From an uncultured Planctomycetota bacterium (GTDB lineage Bacteria > Planctomycetota > Planctomycetia > Isosphaerales > Isosphaeraceae), in NCBI GenBank assembly GCA_963823665.1, contig CAWGMQ010000003.1, forward strand, positions 1,824,001 through 1,888,000: a stretch of 64,000 bases of DNA. The letters are read 5' to 3'. Under the pieces are notes generated by a model, which saw nothing but the letters and a program-made list of their open reading frames with translations, ran no database searches and was not told the origin of the DNA. The translations under genes were made by a program, and so were the position numbers. Below, piece after piece: positions 61,301 through 64,000 of the stretch; position 1 is the stretch's first letter, and every line of letters begins with the position of its first letter.

Positions 61301-64000
61301 GCCGGCAGGTCAATCTGGCTGGCCGAGCCCGCGGCCTCTATGCTGACACCGTAGGGCCCGGAAATTGTCGCCAGATAGGGCAGATCGAGAGTGCCCCCCG
61401 CGCTCGTGTCGACCGCCTCCAGATAAGTGTCCGAATAGTAGTCGTTGGTGTACGAGGTCACGCCCGACAGGGTCAGGCTGCCGCCCCCTTCGATGTAGAC
61501 GCTCGTGTCGTCGATGTTGCCGAGATCGGGCAGGAGCCATGTACCGCCTTCGATCGTCAGATTATCATAATTTAGTGAAATGAATTGAGCGAGCGAGATG
61601 GTGCTCGTGGCGTCGACCGTGATCGAGACGCTCTGGATGCTGGTGAGGCCTGGGCTCAGCTCGATCGTGCCCCCCTGCGTGGCCGAGAGTATTCCGTCGT
61701 AGGTGTCGAATGTCGTGACGCTCGAGAGGTCGACCAGACTGTTCGTCCCGGTGGCCTGGGCGCCGATCGACGTATCACTTTTGTCGAAGATCGAGATCAG
61801 CGAGGGCGCCACGAGCTGTCCACCGCCCGAGGCAGTGAAGTTCAGGCTCCAGCCGTAATAGTAGCCAGAGTAGCTGGAGCCTGAGCCAGAGGCGCCGATC
61901 TCGGTAAGGTTCGGCAGGGTGAGCTTTGCGCTAGAGCCGGAAGCCGAGAATTCGACGTCCCCGCCTTGCGGCTTGTAGTTGATCACCGCGGGAAGGCTGA
62001 GGCTGCCGCCGGTGACGTAGATGCCCGAACCGTTGATATTGCTGAGGTTGGTAAATGAGTTATCGGAGGTTGCGGCGCCGGAGGTCGGCGCATAGTCGCC
62101 GCCGGTGATCTTGAGGCTGCCGTCAGTAAGGCTCTGCCACTGGCTGACGGCGAGCTGGCCCGTCCCGTCCAGTGTCACATCGACTTCCTGCAAGGTCGTC
62201 AGGCTGGCGGCCTCGACGGTCGCGCCGTCGGTCACGCTCAGCGTGGACAGGTAAGCGCTGTAGCCATATTGATAGTAATCATTGGTGGTTTCCCACGATG
62301 TGAGCCCGGGCAGGTCGATGGCGCTGTTTGGACCGCCGGCGGCGATGTGGACGGCATAAAAGCTGGAGATCGAGGTCAGGCCGGGCAAGCTCAGCACGCC
62401 GCCGGTGCTTGCGGAAACCGTGCAGTCGAGCAAGGTCACCGGACCGCTGGCGGTGAGGGACGCATCGGCGCCGGAGACGGTCAGCACGCCGCCGCTCACA
62501 TAGACGCCGCCGTTGATCGCGTTCGATGAGCCGGTGACTGTGAGGGAACCGCCGCCCGTCAGCGTCACGCCTCCCGAGATATTCACATCGCTGCCCATCG
62601 TGAGCGCGCCGTCATCCCAGACGTCGATGCCTCCGTACGCGTTTCCCACCGGAGTGGTGCCGGCAGCGTCGGTGCCGATCTCGTCTCCGGCAATCAGGTT
62701 CTGGCTCGTGCCCGGGCCGCCAACGACGACGCCCCACTGGGCATTTCCCGAGAGGACGTTGCCGGAGCCGGCGGCGGTGCCGCCGATCGTGTTCCCGTAT
62801 GCCCCCGCGTCCATGTAGACGCCGCTATATGCGTTGCCGAGCGGAACGGTCCCGCTGGCGTCGGTGCCGATCAGGTTTCCTTCGACGAGGTCGTCCGAGC
62901 CGCCGTTGATCCAGATACCGTTGTTCTTGTTTGCCGAGATGACGTTGCCGCTGCCGGGGCTTGTGCCACCGACGGTATTGTCGGATGTCCCGCCGCCGAA
63001 ATAGATCCCTTGAAATGCGTTGCCGAGCCGGCTCGAGCCGGAGCTGTCGGTGCCGATCAGATTCCCGACTATGAGATTGTTGGATGTGCCATCGCTGACG
63101 ATGTAGAGACCGCAGGCATTATTTCCCGAGATCACATTGCCGCCGATCGTATTGTCGGAAGCGCTGGAATCGATGTCGACACCCTGAGCGAGATTGGCAA
63201 CAGCCATCGTCCCCGATGGATCCGTTCCAATCAGATTACCGGCGACGACGTTCTGATCGGTGCCGTACCCGGAAATGACGACACCGTCTCCAGAATTCCC
63301 CGAAATCACGTTGCCTTGGCCGGTGCTCGTGCCACCGATGGTGTTGCTAACAGCCCCCGAGTCAATTTCAACGCCGTCATACGAATTGCCCAGAGCGTAA
63401 GTTCCGCTCGCGTCCGTCCCGATCTTGTTGCCCTCGACGAGAACGCCAGTGACCTCGGCGCCGCTGATCCAGACTCCCCACTCACCGCTCGCCGAGATGA
63501 CGTTGCCTGCTTCCGGGGTCGTTCCGCCGATGGTGACTTGCGACGGCGCGTCACCCGACACGCCCCAATCGCCGATCAGCACGCCGCTATACGCGTTTCC
63601 AAGGGCCAGTGTGCCCGTGATGTCCGTTCCGATGAGATTTCCGGCGATCAGGATGTTCTGGGAATCGACTCCACGAAAGGTCACGCCGCCTTCCTTGTTG
63701 CCCGACACCAAGTTGCCGCTGCCGGCGGTTGTTCCGCCCACCGTTGTGTACGGGGCATCGTCAGCATAGATGCCCCAGAAGTTGTTGCCGTCGGCCTGGG
63801 TTCCGTCCAGAGTTGTGCCAATCAGGTTCCCTTGAATTGTGTTACCCGAGGCGGATGGGCCGAAGATTGCGATACCGCCGGCGCTATTACCAGAGATCTG
63901 GTTGCCGCCGGTCGCAACTGATGGCGCTCCCGTGCCGGTCGGCACGCCGATCTGGTTGCTGCTGCCGTAGACGTCGATACCGTTGTTCGAGTTGCCGGTG
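43375..64000 (-). CDS. Giant (>6,870 aa) secreted multidomain RHS/adhesin-like protein with C-terminal dockerin; 5' end is outside the window
   Basis: Uninterrupted frame, still open at 64000. N to C: parallel beta-helix (GNVISGN..GNLIGTD), LPxLTxI solenoid, five SdrD-B/CnaB-like repeats, CARDB-like and Calx-beta-like domains, RHS/YD repeats, a basic insert, poly-Pro, Ig-like repeats (VTFSEPI, MDTTPPTS), and paired dockerin motifs (GDVTGDGTVD, ADVNGDGTIS). Confidence 0.93.
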   Translation of the reverse strand, partial: TGNSNNGIDVYGSSNQIGVPTGTGAPSVATGGNQISGNSAGGIAIFGPSASGNTIQGNLIGTTLDGTQADGNNFWGIYADDAPYTTVGGTTAGSGNLVSGNKEGGVTFRGVDSQNILIAGNLIGTDITGTLALGNAYSGVLIGDWGVSGDAPSQVTIGGTTPEAGNVISASGEWGVWISGAEVTGVLVEGNKIGTDASGTYALGNSYDGVEIDSGAVSNTIGGTSTGQGNVISGNSGDGVVISGYGTDQNVVAGNLIGTDPSGTMAVANLAQGVDIDSSASDNTIGGNVISGNNACGLYIVSDGTSNNLIVGNLIGTDSSGSSRLGNAFQGIYFGGGTSDNTVGGTSPGSGNVISANKNNGIWINGGSDDLVEGNLIGTDASGTVPLGNAYSGVYMDAGAYGNTIGGTAAGSGNVLSGNAQWGVVVGGPGTSQNLIAGDEIGTDAAGTTPVGNAYGGIDVWDDGALTMGSDVNISGGVTLTGGGSLTVTGSSNAINGGVYVSGGVLTVSGADASLTASGPVTLLDCTVSASTGGVLSLPGLTSISSFYAVHIAAGGPNSAIDLPGLTSWETTNDYYQYGYSAYLSTLSVTDGATVEAASLTTLQEVDVTLDGTGQLAVSQWQSLTDGSLKITGGDYAPTSGAATSDNSFTNLSNINGSGIYVTGGSLSLPAVINYKPQGGDVEFSASGSSAKLTLPNLTEIGASGSGSSYSGYYYGWSLNFTASGGGQLVAPSLISIFDKSDTSIGAQATGTNSLVDLSSVTTFDTYDGILSATQGGTIELSPGLTSIQSVSITVDATSTISLAQFISLNYDNLTIEGGTWLLPDLGNIDDTSVYIEGGGSLTLSGVTSYTNDYYSDTYLEAVDTSAGGTLDLPYLATISGPYGVSIEAAGSASQIDLPALTTFSTSDYDYGYYASNLSVTQGATVEDGSLTSPDGVDVTLDGSGVLPVSQWTALNNGAIRITGGDYAPTSGAATSSNSFTSLSNIDGSSLLVLAGSLSLPDLATYQAIDDPYVFSQYGNIFEATGTSSKLSLPELTSISGSTSYDYAPLMIEAQSGGDVELAALTSINVSGYFSLVSVESDGPNSLVNLPALTTYNAVDYYGENYGATLSATNSGAIELNSQLSALNGVTLVLDGSGNIPINQFTSISNGGITIDAGDYAPASGAATPLNSFTNLSNIEGSSLYVYGGGSLSLPAVITYSNVNSNAYFESSGAGSTLDLADLTTITASDNMSVSASGSGSLIDLSGMTSFSSSGSFSWSATQGGAIDLNSSVTAMHGVEVTLDGTGQFPLDQFTSLVGCRIYIQGGSYTLPNLTDIDGASLYISGGAKFTLPAVSSYTNNNYPGAYFQVTDTTLGGLINLPDLTMIGGYYGVSIESQGSHSQIDLPDLTSFSPTDSGYATLSVTDDGTVLVGANLTSLNGVTIVLDGTGTLSNGTSSSATTQFTSITDGGITVESGDYSFAFPNLSDIDGSSLRVYGGGKLTLPAVTTYTNSNGYEYLQAAEYVDYNYGNGSYYGSGTVGLLNLPALTTISGAYVLILTGGTGSAINLPALTTVDFSYDGYLSFTNEGVLSAPVLSTVVNATVTTDPTATLNVPANQTVSFPAGTSTINTGTAVDQGSVNVGRSEPFALANYSGGGAGIIQTASASQSSPSSFDIPVNIAGPTEVYTLINSAYGEYGDTVGAVEFVATGGLVYTVDLVEGQNIRDHNNDGYNDTIGQGALGDTYLGSASYGGGQVRLDEQGFVLPSAFQSATLTDIILLGYGNEPDGVPFLAAATVATSTGPVEVNISSLVNSNLRTYANGGDYPLGGATVYANATVVVSGSLTINGSGALTVEPGSTLDLSGNLLGTTTNAAGFNILGTVVLDGTGTSSSPQQLEVMSQDLGGTAAGFQSFAYNTLELANNTYVELVDNSVNSPGGTPEALYVDNLIVPSGTTLNLNGFNLYIHTAQIQGKIIGGAIITGEVFDDVSGSGTLTSGDPGLAGWTVELTNTSTHATYTTTTDANGNYAFAGIQPGTYTLSEVSQSGFVQTAPASPGTFSLTITSGQVVTNQNFGDHPTASISGTVFNDWNGDGSLENGEPGLSGWTVNLLNAAKQNVGTATTSSGGTYSFTALLPGTYTVQLISRSGYVATTSMSVQLTDNNGQADTVNFGEFVPISISGEVFNDPNDTSTFVSGDTGLSGWTVELVQGSNVVQTTSGSGGAYSFSNVGPGTYTLKVVQQTGWVPSNSPVTITPTSGANITNEDLGEFQGLTITGQVFNDIAGSGDFASGDPGLSGWTIDLLNVASTVIASAQTGGNGDFTLAGVAPGRYTVAEVTQTGFVQTTSPASFNVTVVAGQSLSGLTFGDFRLATVTGEVFDDAHDDGTLDAGDTGLAGWTVQLLNSLDKVVSTTTTDSNGNYSFNDVGPGIYGIAAVTQPGYIQTAPGSGPITISATSGATLAGKDFGEFKSVSLAVSDLMTAPASDLQSGMALVVEWTDTNTGAQPASGSFSDQIVVTNTTTGDVLATGDVLYNAASLGNLAAGASVDQEYDFSLPNGGPGVGQIQFTVTADYKQSVSTPAGESNDTDTLTETSTLGAYAELIPSGITAVTSADPGQQTSVGWTLTNSGSAPATGPWTEQVFLATDAAGDNPTLLSAQSFTGTLGVNQTASRSMTVQMPSLPQGTYWFVVVEDAFSEVYELDTASSTAVAAQSTSLAAGLTLTLASNTVSNGAGSHATIATVTRNTNTANALVVTIANSDTTDVSVPETVTIPAGATSARFAVGTINTGIADGNQTATLTATASGLSTGSAGLTVTNVNAPALTVALNNHTVNETDISPATLGTVTRDTPTTTALTVSLLSSDTNKLTVPATVTIPAGQVSVTFPVTVVNDGQIDGNESATITASASGFQNGSDSATVVDDNVPALSLTLAQTTVSEAAGADATTATVSIASPATEPLTIVLGSSLTSAATVPASVVIDAGQESASFPIAALNSGLDVGNQTAVITANVETYAGVVVTQGSAEASLLLLNANGPALTLSVATPTVAEGSTVTATVTRNTDATDALVVTLASTDPTATSVPATVTIPAGQTSVSFTVDAVQNGVPEGMQQVQISATTTGLDTGLATLGITDVQTPDLVVSSVTAPASGYDNSPLSISWTVTNSGDYPATGSWVDQVFLDPAGGSESTTPIDSVTFNGTLNPGQSYTQTVTLQSPSSVDQYFVRVLTDSGDSVQELSFNNNTGVAGQPYNDQAAYTATVTPSASVVSAGTPVVLSGVATLTSDNAPAVDEPVAVQILVDGTTRTLTGTTNASGDFSVTFQPLPDEAGSYSVTAADPGVSNPAVQAQFTIVGMTATPATANVTVVPNTPLTGTFTLTNLSDETLRGLSGLYSDEASGMTVQLTVPSEIAGDGTAPLSYTLTDTSTQGASGVVSIALTTTQGAVLELLVGFTVDPLMPVLAADPGYLDTGMLVGGQTLVSFTVVNNGGAPSGTLQVNLPSTSYMTLASPATIPSLAPGASTTVTVELTPPSNLPLEEYTGSIGISGTGTGISVPFTFTAITTATGTVQILVDDNYTFEEAGSPRVQGATVELLDPYNNSDVVETGTTDASGQVTFASVPAGPYDLEVTAPSHSTYENSFTVTPGITNSDEVFIAEQFVTYTWNVVQTTIQDTYQIQLQTTFATDVPAPVLTITAPASIPTLVPGQSWTFDATVTNHGLIAAQDVTLDLPTDSEYTFTALSTDIGVVPAESSVQVPITVTLVAPQSLSISDGGTTFTANVVVPGPVGQNTASTLYVDYTNTGDVAIPAPLLELTAEQGSSQGAFLSLSSSDSGLAYNLNETPSGFSSAVEFLAAGANAGMVEPGETVQIPVYYAGWLSSQWNSSTPVTFSLAEVDTTDSDDVDWQSILPDLQLGSINNAAWSAIGPIVAQNMGSTWGQYVQTLDSDSAYLASIGEPTTDVSDLLWFETEKANASYATQTLATEAAEDLPAPGMDLTFAQSYQASISGRYTEGILGYGWTTNWDISATTMANGGVVINDDGTSAYFSQESNGAFAPEAGDEGTTLTEIDGRYQLTLSDGTTYRFNANGSLHYVADSDGNRITAAYNSVGQLTTLTDSNGEYIDLAYNAQAHLSSLTDSTGQTETYGYDPTGQFLTSFTDAYGTTTYTYVTGESAAQNYALASITYANGTETHFSYNADGQLIDEHENGGAEDETIAYLTPGGYTETDGDGNTNTTYFDLYGAPAVTIDPLGNVTRNYYDTNLNLIESVGPGGLTYTYSYDADGNLTSETDPLGLTTSYTYNANNDLTSYTDPMGNTTSYAYDSDDDLLSVTYADGTEQSYTYNPLGEATSFLDANGQAIDYAYNADGLVTQETFADGTSYTYTYNTEGNITSATDADGNIDTFVYGDSSNPNLLTEVEYPDGTWLKFSYNAVCQRTQSVDQTGFTVNYIYDAVGRLSELTDASGNLIVLYSYDAAGNLIQKDNGNGTFTMYAHDGDGDVLSITNYAPSAGSTSFDPAESAVNSFDDYTYDAFGNVLTDTSQDGMWAYTYNADSELTTAVFAPNSTDPDGLAAQDVQYAYDAGGNVISETANGVVTTFAVNSVNEVTSSTTVGVGTTTYEYDADGNLLSSTGPTGNTANFAYNELDELVSATSPGLTESYAYDPFGNLISQTISNAITNYQIDPNGTVVAAFSGAGAYNNNGGLTAHYTYGLGLVSQVSPSGAASYYDFNNAGSTVDITSAAGKIANQYAYLPFGQSVATNEYAYLSAGQIISVKAAVTNPFALGGQLGGMGIGQFLDAPGDIEFTLYALRRAFTRGAIWDVPGAKGPFAYFQENGVLRVGYVNHTTETFVARNVNGQIVTVFKNYGPNYINNKAARIFVSNPAEIARVERAALAWAERAGARSLAAAPLEWNPYIDAALLIWDVTDLIGSLLPPTGPGGGPSDPGVGLRGTGGGLGGNGGGQGNNGGGQGDDDGCDDIPPPPPPPPPPPPIPLCIIPLVVPYDYTCHGNLVKSTAVTTIGAGGVAGNLTGTTCTPLAVTKTVQAKIVGMGGGGLIWQTATEDTSQCNPAIPPLQQQAQQAAGAAADPPINTTPAVTGTAQAASAAGPPPDDASPVAFIAIALGNLGLINGQSGNDGYTAALADQMVSTVATFDQVEADLAGILLTAAGEGASLGITGDIDLIQEVDSRLEAVTNAENLLFGGDADWLDTTQTATLQQWMTDFFTDVQTSTDGGQISAAESTQLLATTLPSSVSTSEAQEFIARWNRTVQFWSQGIFTAAQVPSGQSTDFLDINTIQTAFAAAVTAEQEAEVAGYSDVGTEVQGVLAHFESDLAGQGTCATIVLQLDQYATLTQTAFSGTLTITNSEGTGSMTNVSMNINITDAEGNPANGEFFVTSPSYSGAFSVVNGEATLPDNSTGTISFTFIPDNTAASDGPTEYMIGGTFGYTDPAGGAVTIPVFPSTITVDPQAELQLNYFLQKDVVDPTEPATLGLLVTNVGAGAANSLSITTAQPQILQNAKGLLDTFQIVGTQVGNQQETPSLSVDFGDIAPGQTADATFLLQSMLPGVFDNFTATFSNSNALGGAETSLIESVTTHSLVYAGDFNGSNSTGATDYLVDDNPNPENLPDTIYFSDGTTAAVNIASNATATQVGPASALTFQLTADVTSGWDYIQLPDPGAGYTLYKIVSANGERIPVNEQAWQTDLTLSPTGAKMTDYELHILDDNSTGSYMLYYRPTSLTAPTVSSVSSVSSPQSGTIGSVNVTFSEPIDPTTFTNQNLSLTLNGGADLINSRVTITQDSPTTFTIGGLSALTGDYGNYTLTVDATGISDFFGDVGTASGSASTSWATGTNVPVVVSVGAGNPALRNTPVDSVDVVLSEPINPASFNYQALSLTVNGGSNLITSGVTVTEITPTTYSIGGLGSVSTADGNYDLTVSAGRLVDGSGDSGVGFLSETWTMNTVGPTIASLPTYIQTPRNIIVPTIDVIFSEPIVPSTFTYQNITYAKPGEPNLITPNITITQLSPTEFAISNFNNLLLPIDGTYTFTISAVGVEDLYGNTGTGSASATWTLITTAPTAPTDLAISPNTGVSPGLTDTGSVTLTGTLPETGLSVDVMDGNTDLGYANVNGTSFSIALTLPAGANDLSVTATDPAGNVSPAATLNVLVDENPLTISSVTGPASNATNSPVSTADVTFSGPINLSTFTTANLTLTDNGGPNLITSAVTIALVSGTTSTYEIGGLSGLTNAEGTYVLMINASGVQDEAGNVGTSATSTSWLMDTTPPTSTITALPSQTTSTSFVVSVTGTDPIGANGSTPSGIASFAIYVSKDGGAFSLLATVTPADPSAVFVGQAGHGYGFYSIATDAAGNVQSTPAAAQQTVQIRVPMTVSSIAAVAPNPRNTAVSAIDVTFTQPLDLTGSDDDALTLTDNGGPNLITSAVTITLVSGSTYQINGLSSLTKNNGNYTLTVNAAAIDDQNGNPGSGTLSTSWLMDTTPPTSTVNSLPARGTSVTVAVSVTGSDAGSPPSGLKSYNIYSSTNGGAWSLWTTVPASNPTATFSGQSNTTYAFYSTATDNAGNTQAYNPQIEASTYLPNLTAPVTVVDSTTGTNPSTVNTTTGTFTLNITGTDPGGGIVTYFEVYVSVDSGPYSPVGPAIPAGPANSAGTVQATIPYQGLTDGAQHAYAFYSIGLDSAGNTQSAPATPNLTLTDTFAAATPSQLQTTSLIVEDGAVERSYIRYLQVDFNESDTQSGGELTQIVNSLKTASPEIQLYQYDLNDDASSETPVSLANVNVSLIDHAIELDFGANGLGGSPNTTTADGYYELDIKLPNGATAIHNFYRMLGDVTGDGTVDNNDLNEIAAEINLSNPTGLAPLGADVNGDGTISAIDLTLATRAKGHKLKSGLSLG
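49740..52120 (-). repeat. RHS/YD repeat array inside the giant ORF
   Basis: LPAPGMDLTF..GILGYGW start, then many YxYDxxGNLxSxTDPxG units, ending YYDFNNAGSTVDIT..YAYLPFG. Confidence 0.92.
56660..58130 (-). repeat. Five tandem SdrD-B-like domains inside the giant ORF
   Basis: xTGxVFxDxxxxG...GLxGWTVxL...GxYxF...PGxY...xFG occurs five times. Confidence 0.88.

Noticed and set aside
1..64000. tRNA, rRNA, integrase or transposase genes
   Set aside because: None recognisable by eye; a tRNAscan/Infernal run would be needed to exclude them formally.

Overview
High-GC bacterial DNA with strong Planctomycetota signatures, most like Isosphaeraceae (inference): an ECF sigma/Ser-Thr kinase pair, a membrane-anchored ECF-WD40 sigma, 'LExRxLxA' export signals, Uma2, and dockerin-tipped giant proteins. 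Housekeeping genes are ahcY behind a clear SAH riboswitch, moeB, two aldo-keto reductases, and a fatty-acid cluster plsX-fabD-fabG...acpP-fabF. That cluster is interrupted by a ~13.8 kb block carrying three tandem kinase-less TPR paralogs, a His-rich lipoprotein, a membrane-anchored ParA with a small partner, and an ADP-ribosylglycohydrolase. The last 20.6 kb is the 3' part of one giant (>6,870 aa) secreted protein. It contains an internal RHS/YD cage with a degenerate autoproteolysis core and a basic toxin-like domain in the middle of the chain, followed by ~1,900 aa of Ig-like domains and a dockerin. Downstream lie a VapBC-type module and an orphan duplicate of the giant gene's 3' end. Several accessory genes carry single-base frameshifts that may be long-read errors. 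All family calls come from motif recognition by eye; no database searches were run.
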